A DNA stretch of 64,000 bases, taken from Eledone cirrhosa. Taxonomy: Eukaryota. Shown in pieces: positions 38,341-53,798 of the stretch. The translations under genes were made by a program, and so were the position numbers. Each line of letters opens with the position of its first letter. Positions within the stretch are counted from its first letter, which is position 1. The stretch is from assembly GCA_964016885.1 (NCBI GenBank), contig OZ024742.1:168454001-168518000 (forward strand), written 5' to 3'. The notes beneath the pieces were generated by a model, which was not told the origin of the DNA, searched no databases, and saw nothing but the letters and a program-made list of their open reading frames with translations.

Positions 38341-40076
38341 AATCATTAAAATCCCATTAAAAATACATTAAAGGCCCATTAAAAACGCCATAAAAAATCC
38401 ATTAAAAAAATCCATTAAAAAAAAACTCAATCAAAAACACATAAAAGAAACATTAAAACAGCATTTAAAAAATCCATTAAAAATCCATTAAAAAAAAATC
38501 CATTAAAAAAATCCATTAAAAATCCATTAAAAAAATCCATTTAAAAAAATCCATTAAAAAATCCATTAAAAACCCATTAAAAATCCATTAAAAATCCATT
38601 AAAAATCCATTAAAAAATCCATTTAAAAAACCCATTAAAAAAATCCATTAAAAAATCCATTTAAAAATCCATTAAAAAAAATCCATTTAAAAAAACCCAT
38701 TAAAAAAAATCCATTAAAAAAATCCATTTAAAAAATCCATAAAAAAAAATCCATAAAAAAAATCCATTAAAAAAAATCCATTAAAAAAAAATTCAATCAA
38801 AAACCCATAAAAGAAACATTAAAACAGCATTTAAAAAACCCATTAAAAATTCATTAAAAAAATCCATTTAAAAAATCCATTAAAAATCCATTAAAAATCC
38901 ATTAAAAATCCATTAAAAATCCATTAAAAATAATCCATTAAAAAAAAATTCAATCAAAAACCCATAAAAGAAACATTAAAACAGCATTTAAAAAATCCAT
39001 TAAAAAAATCCATTTAAAAAAATCCATTAAAAAAGCCATTAAAAATCCATTAAAAATCCATTAAAAAAATCCATTTAAAAAAATCCATTAAAAATCCATT
39101 AAAAACCCATTAAAAATCCATTAAAAATCCATTAAAAATCCATTAAAAAATCCATTTAAAAAACCCATTAAAAAAATCCATTAAAAAATCCATTTAAAAA
39201 TCCAGTAAAAAAAATCCATTTAAAAAAACCCATTAAAAAAGATCCATTAAAAAAATCCATTTAAAAAATCCATAAAAAAAAATCCATAAAAAAAATCCAT
39301 TAAAAAAAATCCATTACAAAAAAAATCCGTTAAAAAAAATCCATTAAAAATCCATTAAAAATCCATTAAAAATCCATTAAAAATCCATTAAAAATCCATT
39401 TAAAAAAATCCATTAAAAAAATCCATTAAAAAAATCCATTTAAAAAATCCATTAAAAAAAATCCATTAAAAAAAAATCCATTAAAAAAAATCCATTAAAA
39501 AAAATCAATTTAAAAAAATCCATTAAAAATCCATTAAAAAAATCCATTTAAAAAAATCCATTAAAAACCCATTAAAAATCCATTAAAAATCCATTAAAAA
39601 ATCCATTTAAAAAAACCATTAAAAAAAATCCATTAAAAAAATCCATTTAAAAAATCCATTAAAAAAAAATCCATTAAAAAAAACCCATTAAAAAAAATCC
39701 ATTAAAAAAATCCATTTAAAAAATCCATTAAAAAAAATCCATTAAAAAAAACTCAATCAAAAACCCATAAAAGAAACATTAAAACAGCATTTAAAAAATC
39801 CATTAAAAAAATCCATTTAAAAAATCCATTAAAAAAAATCCATTTAAAAAAACCCATTTAAAAAAATCCATTAAAAAAATCCATTTAAAAAATCCATTAA
39901 AAAAAATCCATTAAAAAAATCCATAAAAAAAATCCATTAAAAAAAATCCATTAAAAAAAAATCCGTTAAAAAAAATCCATTAAAAACTCAATCAAAAACC
40001 CAATTAAAAGGCCATAAAAGAAACATTAAAACAGCATTTAAAATACCATTAAAAACGCCATAAAAAATCATTAAAA

Positions 40077-40133
40077 TTGTTTTTTATGAAATTTATAATA
40101 TGGCTTTTAATGAATTTTTTAATGGGCTTTTAG
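40077..40133 (-). repeat. Inverted island, type B
   Basis: GAAT variant. Confidence 0.92.
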
Positions 40134-42264
40134 AATCATTAAAATCCCATTAAAAATACATTAAAGGCCCATTAAAAACGCCATAAAAAATCCATTAAAA
40201 AAATCCATTAAAAAAAAACTCAATCAAAAACACATAAAAGAAACATTAAAACAGCATTTAAAAAATCCATTAAAAATCCATTAAAAAAAAATCCATTAAA
40301 AAAATCCATTAAAAATCCATTAAAAAAATCCATTTAAAAAAATCCATTAAAAAATCCATTAAAAACCCATTAAAAATCCATTAAAAATCCATTAAAAATC
40401 CATTAAAAAATCCATTTAAAAAACCCATTAAAAAAATCCATTAAAAAATCCATTTAAAAATCCATTAAAAAAAATCCATTTAAAAAAACCCATTAAAAAA
40501 AATCCATTAAAAAAATCCATTTAAAAAATCCATAAAAAAAAATCCATAAAAAAAATCCATTAAAAAAAATCCATTAAAAAAAAATTCAATCAAAAACCCA
40601 TAAAAGAAACATTAAAACAGCATTTAAAAAACCCATTAAAAATTCATTAAAAAAATCCATTTAAAAAATCCATTAAAAATCCATTAAAAATCCATTAAAA
40701 ATCCATTAAAAATCCATTAAAAATCCATTAAAAATAATCCATTAAAAAAAATTCAATCAAAAACCCATAAAAGAAACATTAAAACGGCATTTAAAAAATC
40801 CATTAAAAAAATCCATTTAAAAAAATCCATTAAAAAAGCCATTAAAAATCCATTAAAAATCCATTAAAAAAATCCATTAAAAAAAAATCCATTAAAAAAA
40901 ATCCATTAAAAATCCATTAAAAAAATCCATTTAAAAAAATCCATTAAAAATCCATTAAAAACCCATTAAAAATCCATTAAAAATCCATTAAAAATCCATT
41001 AAAAAATCCATTTAAAAAACCCATTAAAAAAATCCATTAAAAAATCCATTTAAAAATCCAGTAAAAAAAATCCATTTAAAAAAACCCATTAAAAAAAATC
41101 CATTAAAAAAATCCATTTAAAAAATCCATAAAAAAAAATCCATAAAAAAAATCCATTAAAAAAAATCCATTACAAAAAAAATCCGTTAAAAAAAATCCAT
41201 TAAAAATCCATTAAAAATCCATTAAAAATCCATTAAAAATCCATTAAAAATCCATTTAAAAAAATCCATTAAAAAAATCCATTAAAAAAATCCATTTAAA
41301 AAATCCATTAAAAAAAATCCATTAAAAAAAAATCCATTAAAAAAATCCATTAAAAAAAATCAATTTAAAAAAATCCATTAAAAATCCATTAAAAAAATCC
41401 ATTTAAAAAAATCCATTAAAAACCCATTAAAAATCCATTAAAAATCCATTAAAAAATCCATTTAAAAAAACCATTAAAAAAAATCCATTAAAAAAATCCA
41501 TTTAAAAAATCCATTAAAAAAAAATCCATTAAAAAAAACCCATTAAAAAAAATCCATTAAAAAAATCCATTTAAAAAATCCATTAAAAAAAATCCATTAA
41601 AAAAAACTCAATCAAAAACCCATAAAAGAAACATTAAAACAGCATTTAAAAAATCCATTAAAAATCCATTAAAAAAATCCATTTAAAAATCCATTAAAAA
41701 ATCCATTAAAAATCCATTAAAAATCCATTAAAAAATCCACTTAAAAAAATCCATTAAAAAAATCCATTTAAAAAATCCATTAAAAAATCCATTTAAAAAA
41801 TCCATTAAAAAAAATCCATTAAAAAAAACCATTAAAAAATCCATTAAAAAAAATCCCATTAAAAATACATTAAAGGCCCATTAAAAACGCCATAAAAAAT
41901 CCATTAAAAAAATCCATTAAAAAAAAACTCAATCAAAAACCCATAAAAGAAACATTAAAACACCATTTAAAAAATCCATTAAAAAAATCCATTAAAAAAA
42001 ATCCATTAAAAAATCCATTAAAAATCCATTAAAAATCCATTAAAAATCCATTAAAAATCCATTAAAAAATCCATTAAAAATCCATTAAAAATCCATTAAA
42101 AATCCATTAAAAAATCCATTTAAAAAAATCCATTAAAAAAATCCATTAAAAAATCCATTTAAAAAATCCATTTAAAAAAATCCATTAAAAAAAATCCATT
42201 AAAAAAAAATCCATTAAAAAAAATCCATTAAAAAAAAAATCCGTTAAAAAAAATCCATTAAAAA

Positions 42265-42393
42265 CTCAATCAAACACCCAATTAAAAGGCCATAAAAGAA
42301 ACATTAAAACAGCATTTAAAATACCATTAAAAACGCCATAAAAATCATTAAAATCCAATTAAAGATACATTAAAGGCCCATTAAAAACGCCAT
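42265..42393 (+). repeat. Chimeric cassette
   Basis: 11680 bp after the 30585 copy. Confidence 0.88.
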
Positions 42394-44445
42394 AAAAAAT
42401 CCATTAAAAATATCCATTAAAAAAACTCAATCAAAAACCCATAAAAGAAACATTAAAACAGCATTTAAAAAATCCATTAAAAATCCATTAAAAAAATCCA
42501 TTTAATAAAATCCATTAAAAATCCATTAAAAATCCATTAAAAATCCATTAAAAATCCATTAAAAATCCATTAAAAATCCATTAAAAAACCCATTTAAAAA
42601 AATCCATTAAAAAAATCCATTAAAAAAATCCATTAAAAAAAGCCATTAAAAAAATCCATTTAAAAAAAGCCATTAAAAAAATCCATTAAAAAAAAATCCA
42701 TTAAAAATCCATTAAAAAAATCCATTTAAAAAAATCCATTAAAAACCCATTAAAAATCCATTAAAAAATCCATTAAAAAACCCATTAAAAAAAATCCATT
42801 AGAAAAATCCATTTAAAAAATCCATTTAAAAAAATCCATTTAAAAAACCCATTAAAAAAAATCCATTAAAAAAATCCATTTAAAAATCCATTTAAAAAAT
42901 CCATTAAAAAAATCCATTTAAAAAATCCATAAAAAAAAACCATTAAAAAAAATCCATTAAAAAAAAATCCATTAAAAAAAATCCATTAAAAAAAATCCAT
43001 TAAAAATCCATTAAAAAAAATCCATTTAAAAAAAATTCATTAAAAAATCCATTAAAAATCCATTAAAAATCCATTTAAAAAAATCCATTTAAAAAATCCA
43101 TTTAAAAAACCCATTACAAAAAATACATTAAAAAAAATCCATAAAAAAAAAGCCATTAAAAAAAATCCATTAAAAAAAATCTATTAAAAATCCATTAAAA
43201 ATCCATTAAAAATCCATTAAAAATCCATTAAAAATCCATTAAAAATCCATTAAAAAGCCATTAAAAATCCATTAAAATCCATTAAAAATCCATTAAAAAT
43301 CCATTAAAAATCCATTAAAAATCCATTTAAAAATCCATTTAAAAAAATCCATTAAAAAATCCATTAAAAAATCCATTTAAAAAATCCATTAAAAAAATCC
43401 ATTAAAAAAAAATCCATTAAAAAAAAAATCCATTAAAAAAAATCAATTTAAAAAAATCCATTAAAAATCCATTAAAAAAATCCATTTAAAAAAATCCATT
43501 AAAAACCCATTAAAAACCCATTAAAAATCCATTAAAAATCCATTAAAAAAACCCATTAAAAAAAATCCATTAAAAAAAATCCATTTAAAAAATCCATTTA
43601 AAAAAATCCATTAAAAAAACCCATTAAAAAAATCCATTAAAAAAATCCATTTAAAAAATCCATTAAAAAAAATTCATTAAAAAAAAATCCATAAAAAAAT
43701 CCATTAAAAAAATCCATTTAAAAAAATCCATTAAAAAAAATCCATTAAAAATCCATTAAAAAAATCCATTAAAAAAAATCCATTAAAAAATCCATTAAAA
43801 AACCCATTAAAAATCCATTAAAAATCCATTAAAAATCCATAAAAAATCCATTTAAAAAACCCATTAAAAAAATCCATTTAAAAAACCCATTAAAAAAAGC
43901 CATTAAAAAATCCATTTAAAAAATCCATTAAAAAAAATCCATTTAAAACAACCCATTAAAAAAAATCCATTAAAAAAAACCCATTAAAAAAAATCCATTA
44001 AAAAAATCCATTTAAAAAATCCATTAAAAAAAATCCATTAAAAAAAATCCATAAAAAAATCCATTAAAAAAATCCATTAAAAATCCATTAAAAAAAATCC
44101 ATTTAAAAAAGCCATTAAAAAATCCATTAAAAATCCATTAAAAATCCATTTAAAAAACCCATTAAAAAATCCATTAAAAAAATCCATTTAAAAAATCCAT
44201 TAAAAAAAATCCATTTAAAAAAACCCATTAAAAAAATCCATTAAAAAAATCCATTTAAAAAATCCATTAAAAAAAATCCATTAAAAAAATCCATAAAAAA
44301 ATCCATTAAAAAAAATCCATTAAAAAAAAATCCGTTAAAAAAAATCCATTAAAAACTCAATCAAAAACCCAATTAAAAGGCCATAAAAGAAACATTAAAA
44401 CAGCATTTAAAATACCATTAAAAACGCCATAAAAAATCATTAAAA

Positions 44446-44502
44446 TTGTTTTTTATGAAATTTATAATATGGCTTTTAATGAATTTTTTAATGGGCTTTT
44501 AG
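44446..44502 (-). repeat. Inverted island, type B
   Basis: GAAT variant. Confidence 0.92.
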
Positions 44503-45951
44503 AATCATTAAAATCCCATTAAAAATACATTAAAGGCCCATTAAAAACGCCATAAAAAATCCATTAAAAAAATCCATTAAAAAAAAACTCAATCAAAAAC
44601 ACATAAAAGAAACATTAAAACAGCATTTAAAAAATCCATTAAAAATCCATTAAAAAAAAATCCATTAAAAAAATCCATTAAAAATCCATTAAAAAAATCC
44701 ATTTAAAAAAATCCATTAAAAAATCCATTAAAAACCCATTAAAAATCCATTAAAAATCCATTAAAAATCCATTAAAAAATCCATTTAAAAAACCCATTAA
44801 AAAAATCCATTAAAAAATCCATTTAAAAATCCATTAAAAAAAATCCATTTAAAAAAACCCATTAAAAAAAATCCATTAAAAAAATCCATTTAAAAAATCC
44901 ATAAAAAAAAATCCATAAAAAAAATCCATTAAAAAAAATCCATTAAAAAAAAAATCCGTTAAAAAAAATCCATTAAAAATCCATTAAAAATCCATTAAAA
45001 ATCCATTAAAAATCCATTAAAAATCCATTAAAAATCCATTAAAAATCCATTTAAAAAAATCCATTAAAAAAATCCATTAAAAAAATCCATTTAAAAAATC
45101 CATTAAAAAAAATCCATTAAAAAAAAATCCATTAAAAAAAATCCATTAAAAAAAATCAATTTAAAAAAATCCATTAAGAATCCATTAAAAAAATCCATTT
45201 AAAAAAATCCATTAAAAACCCATTAAAAATCCATTAAAAATCTATTAAAAAATCCATTTAAAAAAACCATTAAAAAAAATCCAATAAAAAAATCCATTTA
45301 AAAAATCCATTAAAAAAAAATCCATTAAAAAAATCCATTTAAAAAATCCATTAAAAAAAATCCATTAAAAAAAACTCAATCAAAAACCCATAAAAGAAAC
45401 ATTAAAACAGCATTTAAAAAATCCATTAAAAATCCATTAAAAGAATCCATTTAAAAAATCCATTAAAAAATCCATTAAAAATCCATTAAAAATCCATTAA
45501 AAAATCCATTTAAAAAAATCCATTAAAAAAATCCTTTAAAAAATCCATTTAAAAATCCATTTAAAAAATCCATTAAAAAAAATCCATTAAAAAAAACCAT
45601 TAAAAAATCCATTAAAAAAAATCCCATTAAAAATACATTAAAAATCCATTAAAAATCCATTAAAAAATCCATTAAAAATCCATTAAAAATCCATTAAAAA
45701 TCCATTAAAAAATCCATTAAAAAAAATCCATTAAAAAAATCCATTAAAAAATCCATTTAAAAAATCCATTTAAAAAAATCCATTAAAAAAAATCCATTAA
45801 AAAAAATCCATTAAAAAAAATCCATTAAAAAAAAAATCCGTTAAAAAAAATCCATTAAAAACTCAATCAAACACCCAATTAAAAGGCCATAAAAGAAACA
45901 TTAAAACAGCATTTAAAATACCATTAAAAACGCCATAAAAAATCATTAAAA

Positions 45952-46008
45952 TTGTTTTTTATGAAATTTATAATATGGCTTTTAATGAACTTTTTAATGG
46001 GCTTTTAG
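45952..46008 (-). repeat. Inverted island, type C
   Basis: 1506 bp after type B. Confidence 0.92.
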
Positions 46009-47867
46009 AATCATTAAAATCCCATTAAAAATACATTAAAGGCCCATTAAAAACGCCATAAAAAATCCAGTAAAAAATATCCATTAAAAAAAAATTCAAT
46101 CAAAAACCCATAAAAGAAACATTAAAACAGCATTTAAAAAACCCATTAAAAATTCATTAAAAAAATCCATTTAAAAAATCCATTAAAAATCCATTAAAAA
46201 TCCATTAAAAATCCATTAAAAATCCATTAAAAATCCATTAAAAATAATCCATTAAAAAAAAATTCAATCAAAAACCCATAAAAGAAACATTAAAACAGCA
46301 TTTAAAAAATCCATTAAAAAAATCCATTTAAAAAAATCCATTAAAAAAGCCATTAAAAATCCATTAAAAATCCATTAAAAAAATCCATTAAAAAAAAATC
46401 CATTAAAAAAAATCCATTAAAAATCCATTAAAAAAATCCATTTAAAAAAATCCATTAAAAATCCATTAAAAACCCATTAAAAATCCATTAAAAATCCATT
46501 AAAAATCCATTAAAAAATCCATTTAAAAAACCCATTAAAAAAATCCATTAAAAAATCCATTTAAAAATCCAGTAAAAAAAATCCATTTAAAAAAACCCAT
46601 TAAAAAAAATCCATTAAAAAAATCCATTTAAAAAATCCATAAAAAAAAATCCATAAAAAAAATCCATTAAAAAAAATCCATTAAAAAAAAAATCCGTTAA
46701 AAAAAATCCATTAAAAATCCATTAAAAATCCATTAAAAATCCATTAAAAATCCATTAAAAATCCATTTAAAAAAATCCATTAAAAAAATCCATTAAAAAA
46801 ATCCATTTAAAAAATCCATTAAAAAAAATCCATTAAAAAAAAATCCATTAAAAAAAATCCATTAAAAAAAATCAATTTAAAAAAATCCATTAAAAATCCA
46901 TTAAAAAAATCCATTTAAAAAAATCCATTAAAAACCCATTAAAAATCCATTAAAAATCCATTAAAAAATCCATTTAAAAAAACCATTAAAAAAAATCCAT
47001 TAAAAAAATCCATTTAAAAAATCCATTAAAAAAAAATCCATTAAAAAAAACCCATAAAAAAAAATCCATTAAAAAAATCCATTTAAAAAATCCATTAAAA
47101 AAAATCCATTAAAAAAAACTCAATCAAAAACCCATAAAAGAAACATTAAAACAGCATTTAAAAAATCCATTAAAAATCCATTAAAAAAATCCATTTAAAA
47201 AATCCATTAAAAAATCCATTAAAAATCCATTAAAAATCCATTAAAAAATCCATTTAAAAAAATCCATTGAAAAAATCCATTTAAAAAATCCATTAAAAAA
47301 TCCATTTAAAAAATCCATTAAAAAAAATCCATTAAAAAAAACCATTAAAAAATCCATTAAAAAAAATCCCATTAAAAATACATTAAAGGCCCATTAAAAA
47401 CGCCATAAAAAATCCATTAAAAAAATCCATTAAAAAAAAACTCAATCAAAAACCCATAAAAGAAACATTAAAACAGCATTTAAAAAATCCATTAAAAAAA
47501 TCCATTTAAAAAAATCCATTAAAAAATCCATTAATAATCCATTAAAAATCCATTAAAAATCCATTAAAAATCCATTAAAAAATCCATTAAAAATCCATTA
47601 AAAATCCATTAAAAATCCATTAAAAAATCCATTTAAAAAAATCCATTAAAAAAATCCATTAAAAAATCCATTTAAAAAATCCATTTAAAAAAATCCATTA
47701 AAAAAAATCCATTAAAAAAAAATCCATTAAAAAAAATCCATTAAAAAAAAAATCCGTTAAAAAAAATCCATTAAAAACTCAATCAAACACCCAATTAAAA
47801 GGCCATAAAAGAAACATTAAAACAGCATTTAAAATACCATTAAAAACGCCATAAAAAATCATTAAAA

Positions 47868-47924
47868 TTGTTTTTTATGAAATTTATAATATGGCTTTTA
47901 ATGAACTTTTTAATGGGCTTTTAG
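47868..47924 (-). repeat. Inverted island, type C'
   Basis: 1916 bp after type C. Confidence 0.92.
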
Positions 47925-50260
47925 AATCATTAAAATCCCATTAAAAATACATTAAAGGCCATAAAAAATCCATTAAAAAAAATCCATTAAAAAAAAATTC
48001 AATCAAAAACCCATAAAAGAAACATTAAAACAGCATTTAAAAAACCCATTAAAAATTCATTAAAAAAATCCATTTAAAAAATCCATTAAAAATCCATTAA
48101 AAATCCATAAAAAATCCATTAAAAATCCATTAAAAATAATCCATTAAAAAAAAATTCAATCAAAAACCCATAAAAGAAACATTAAAACAGCATTTAAAAA
48201 ATCCATTAAAAAAAATCCATTTAAAAAAATCCATTAAAAAAGCCATTAAAAATCCATTAAAAATCCATTAAAAAAAAATCCATTAAAAAAATCCATTAAA
48301 AATCCATTAAAAAAATCCATTTAAAAAAATCCATTAAAAAATCCATTAAAAATCCATTAAAAATCCATTAAAAAATCCATTTAAAATCCATTAAAAATCC
48401 ATTAAAAAACCCATTTAAAAAAATCCATTAAAAAAAGCCATTAAAAAAATCCATTAAAAAAAGCCATTAAAAAAATCCATTTAAAAAAAGCCATTAAAAA
48501 AATCCATTAAAAAAAAATCCATTAAAAATCCATTAAAAAAATCCATTTAAAAAAATCCATTAAAAACCCATTAAAAATCCATTAAAAAATCCATTAAAAA
48601 ACCCATTAAAAAAAATCCATTAGAAAAATCCATTTAAGAAATCCATTAAAAAAAAATCCATTTAAAAAACCCATTAAAAAAAATCCATTAAAAAAATCCA
48701 TTTAAAAAATCCATTAAAAAAATCCATTAAAAAAATCCATTTAAAAAATCCATAAAAAAAACCCATTAAAAAAAATCCATTAAAAAAAAATCCATTAAAA
48801 AAAATCCATTAAAAAAAATCCATTAAAAATCCATTAAAAAAAATCCATTTAAAAAAAATTCATTAAAAAATCCATTAAAAATCCATTAAAAATCCATTTA
48901 AAAAAATCCATTTAAAAAATCCATTTAAAAAACCCATTACAAAAAATCCATTAAAAAAAATCCATAAAAAAAAAAGCCATTAAAAAAAATCCATTAAAAA
49001 AAATCTATTAAAAATCCATTAAAAATCCATTAAAAATCCATTAAAAATCCATTAAAAATCCATTAAAAATCCATTAAAAAGCCATTAAAAATCCATTAAA
49101 ATCCATTAAAAATCCATTAAAAATCCATTAAAAATCCATTAAAAATCCATTAAAAAATCCATTTAAAAAAATCCATTAACAAATCCATTAAAAAATCCAT
49201 TTAAAAAATCCATTAAAAAAATCCATTAAAAAAAAATCCATTAAAAAAAAAATCCATTAAAAAAAATCAATTTAAAAAAATCCATTAAAAATACATTAAA
49301 AAAATCCATTTAAAAAAATCCATTAAAAACCCATTAAAAACCCATTAAAAATCCATTAAAAATCCATTTAAAAAACCCATTAAAAAAAATCCATTAAAAA
49401 AAATCCATTTAAAAAATCCATTAAAAAAAATCCATTAAAAAAACCCATTAAAAAAATCCATTAAAAAAATCCATTTAAAAAATCCATTAAAAAAAATTCA
49501 TTAAAAAAAAATCCATAAAAAAATCCATTAAAAAAATCCATTTAAAAAAATCCATTAAAAAAAATCCATTAAAAATCCATTAAAAAAATCCATTAAAAAA
49601 AATCCATTAAAAAATCCATTAAAAAACCCATTAAAAATCCATTAAAAATCCATTAAAAATCCATTTAAAAAACCCATTAAAAAAATCCATTTAAAAAACC
49701 CATTAAAAAAAGCCATTAAAAAATCCATTTAAAAAATCCATTAAAAAAAATCCATTTAAAACAACCCATTAAAAAAAATCCATTAAAAAAAACCCATTAA
49801 AAAAAATCCATTAAAAAAATCCATTTAAAAAATCCATTAAAAAAAATCCATTAAAAAAAATCCATAAAAAAATCCATTAAAAAAATCCATTAAAAATCCA
49901 TTAAAAAAAATCCATTTAAAAAATCCATTAAAAAATCCATTAAAAATCCATTAAAAATCCATTTAAAAAACCCATTAAAAAATCCATTAAAAAAATCCAT
50001 TTAAAAAATCCATTAAAAAAAATCCATTTAAAAAAACCCATTTAAAAAAATCCATTAAAAAAATCCATTTAAAAAATCCATTAAAAAAAATCCATTAAAA
50101 AAATCCATTAAAAAAATCCATTAAAAAAAATCCATTAAAAAAAAATCCGTTAAAAAAAATCCATTAAAAACTCAATCAAAAACCCAATTAAAAGGCCATA
50201 AAAGAAACATTAAAACAGCATTTAAAATACCATTAAAAACGCCATAAAAAATCATTAAAA

Positions 50261-50317
50261 TTGTTTTTTATGAAATTTATAATATGGCTTTTAATGAATT
50301 TTTTAATGGGCTTTTAG
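50261..50317 (-). repeat. Inverted island, type B
   Basis: GAAT variant. Confidence 0.92.
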
Positions 50318-50804
50318 AATCATTAAAATCCCATTAAAAATACATTAAAGGCCCATTAAAAACGCCATAAAAAATCCATTAAAAAAATCCATTAAAAAAA
50401 AACTCAATCAAAAACACATAAAAGAAACATTAAAACAGCATTTAAAAAATCCATTAAAAATCCATTAAAAAAAAATCCATTAAAAAAATCCATTAAAAAT
50501 CCATTAAAAAAATCCATTTAAAAAAATCCATTAAAAAATCCATTAAAAACCCATTAAAAATCCATTAAAAATCCATTAAAAATCCATTAAAAAATCCATT
50601 TAAAAAACCCATTAAAAAAATCCATTAAAAAATCCATTTAAAAATCCATTAAAAAAAATCCATTTAAAAAAACCCATTAAAAAAAATCCATTAAAAAAAT
50701 CCATTTAAAAAATCCATAAAAAAAAATCCATAAAAAAAATCCATTAAAAAAAATCCATTAAAAAAAAAATCCGTTAAAAAAAATCCATTAAAAATCCATT
50801 AAAA

Positions 50805-50882
50805 GCTCAATCCCATTAAAAACGCCATAAAAATCATTAAAATCCAATTAAAGATACATTAAAGGCCCATTAAAAACGCCAT
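50805..50882 (+). repeat. Empty-site cassette E
   Basis: Matches 970-1047. Confidence 0.9.
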
Positions 50883-53741
50883 AAAAAATCCATTAAAAAA
50901 ATCCATTAAAAAAACTCAATCAAAAACCCATAAAAGAAACATTAAAACAGCATTTAAAAAATCCATTAAAAATCCATTAAAAAAATCCATTTAATAAAAT
51001 CCATTAAAAAATCCATTAAAAATCCATTAAAAATCCATTAAAAATCCATTAAAAATCCATTAAAAATCCATTAAAAAATCCATTTAAAAAAATCCATTAA
51101 AAAAATCCATTAAAAAAATCCATTAAAAAAAGCCATTAAAAAAATCCATTTAAAAAAAGCCATTAAAAAAATCCATTAAAAAAAAAATCCATTAAAAATC
51201 CATTAAAAAAATCCATTTAAAAAAATCCATTAAAAACCCATTAAAAATCCATTAAAAAATCCATTAAAAAACCCATTAAAAAAAATCCATTAGAAATATC
51301 CATTTAAAAAATCCATTAAAAAAAAATCCATTTAAAAAACCCATTAAAAAAAATCCATTTAAAAAATCCATTTAAAAAATCCATTTAAAAAATCCATTAA
51401 AAAAATCCATTTAAAAAATCCATAAAAAAAAACCATTAAAAAAAATCCATTAAAAAAAAATCCATTAAAAAAAATCCATTAAAAAAAATCCATTAAAAAT
51501 CCATTAAAAAAAATCCATTTAAAAAAAATTCATTAAAAAATCCATTAAAAATCCATTAAAAATCCATTTAAAAAAATCCATTTAAAAAATCCATTTAAAA
51601 AACCCATTACAAAAAATACATTAAAAAAAATCCATAAAAAAAAAAGCCATTAAAAAAAATCCATTAAAAAAAATCTATTAAAAATCCATTAAAAATCCAT
51701 TAAAAATCCATTAAAAATCCATTAAAAATCCATTAAAAATCCATTAAAAAGCCATTAAAAATCCATTAAAATCCATTAAAAATCCATTAAAAATCCATTA
51801 AAAATCCATTAAAAAATCCATTTAAAAAAATCCATTAAAAAATCCATTAAAAAATCCATTTAAAAATCCATTAAAAAAATCCATTAAAAAAAAATCCATT
51901 AAAAAAAAAATCCATTAAAAAAAATCAATTTAAAAAAATCCATTAAAAATCCATTAAAAAAATCCATTTAAAAAAATCCATTAAAAACCCATTAAAAACC
52001 CATTAAAAATCCATTAAAAATCCATTTAAAAAACCCATTAAAAAAAATCCATTAAAAAAAATCCATTTAAAAAATCCATTTAAAAAAATCCATTAAAAAA
52101 ACCCATTAAAAAAATCCATTAAAAAAATCCATTTAAAAAATCCATTAAAAAAAATTCATTAAAAAAAAATCCATAAAAAAATCCATTAAAAAAATCCATT
52201 TAAAAAAATCCATTAAAAAAAATCCATTAAAAATCCATTAAAAAAATCCATTAAAAAAATCCATTAAAAAATCCATTAAAAAAAATCCATTAAAAAAAAA
52301 TCCATTAAAAAAAATCCATTAAAAAAAATCCATTAAAAATCCATTAAAAAAAATCCATTTAAAAAAAATTCATTAAAAAATCCATTAAAAATCCATTAAA
52401 AATCCATTTAAAAAAATCCATTTAAAAAATCCATTTAAAAAACCCATTACAAAAAATACATTAAAAAAAATCCATAAAAAAAAAAGCCATTAAAAAAAAT
52501 CCATTAAAAAAAATCTATTAAAAATCCATTAAAAATCCATTAAAAATCCATTAAAAATCCATTAAAAATCCATTAAAAATCCATTAAAAAGCCATTAAAA
52601 ATCCATTAAAATCCATTAAAAATCCATTAAAAATCCATTAAAAATCCATTAAAAATCCATTTAAAAATCCATTAAAAAAAATCCATTAAAAAATCCATTA
52701 AAAAATCCATTTAAAAAATCCATTAAAAAAATCCATTAAAAAAAAATCCATTAAAAAAAAAATCCATTAAAAAAAATCAATTTAAAAAAATCCATTAAAA
52801 ATCCATTAAAAAAATCCATTTAAAAAAATCCATTAAAAACCCATTAAAAACCCATTAAAAATCCATTAAAAATCCATTAAAAAAACCCATTAAAAAAAAT
52901 CCATTAAAAAAAATCCATTTAAAAAATCCATTAAAAAAAATCCATTAAAAAAACCCATTAAAAAAATCCATTAAAAAAATCCATTTAAAAAATCCATTAA
53001 AAAAAATTCATTAAAAAAAAATCCATAAAAAAATCCATTAAAAAAATCCATTTAAAAAAATCCATTAAAAAAAATCCATTAAAAATCCATTAAAAAAATC
53101 CATTAAAAAAAATCCATTAAAAAATCCATTATAAAACCCATTAAAAATCCATTAAAAATCCATTAAAAATCCATAAAAAATCCATTTAAAAAACCCATTA
53201 AAAAATCCATTTAAAAAATCCATTAAAAAAAATCCATTTAAAACAACCCATTAAAAAAAATCCATTAAAAAAAACCCATTAAAAAAAATCCATTAAAAAA
53301 ATCCATTTAAAAAATCCATTAAAAAAAATCCATTAAAAAAAATCCATAAAAAAATCCATTAAAAAAATCCATTAAAAATCCATTAAAAAAAATCCATTTA
53401 AAAAAGCCATTAAAAAATCCATTAAAAATCCATTAAAAATCCATTTAAAAAACCCATTAAAAAATCCATTAAAAAAATCCATTTAAAAAATCCATTAAAA
53501 AAAATCCATTTAAAAAAACCCATTAAAAAAATCCATTAAAAAAATCCATTTAAAAAATCCATTAAAAAAAATCCATTAAAAAAATCCATAAAAAAAATCC
53601 ATTAAAAAAAATCCATTAAAAAAAAATCCGTTAAAAAAAATCCATTAAAAACTCAATCAAAAACCCAATTAAAAGGCCATAAAAGAAACATTAAAACAGC
53701 ATTTAAAATACCATTAAAAACGCCATAAAAAATCATTAAAA

Positions 53742-53798
53742 TTGTTTTTTATGAAATTTATAATATGGCTTTTAATGAATTTTTTAATGGGCTTTTAG
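53742..53798 (-). repeat. Inverted island, type B
   Basis: GAAT variant. Confidence 0.92.

Larger units (their letters stand above)
27500..48380 (+). repeat. ~11.7 kb period super-repeat (about 27500-36580 homologous to about 39180-48380)
   Basis: Landmarks at offset 11679-11787: CCAGT 27525/39205, islands 28397/40077, 32702/44446, 34219/45952, 36081/47868, private ACACCATTT 30284/41963. Confidence 0.8.
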
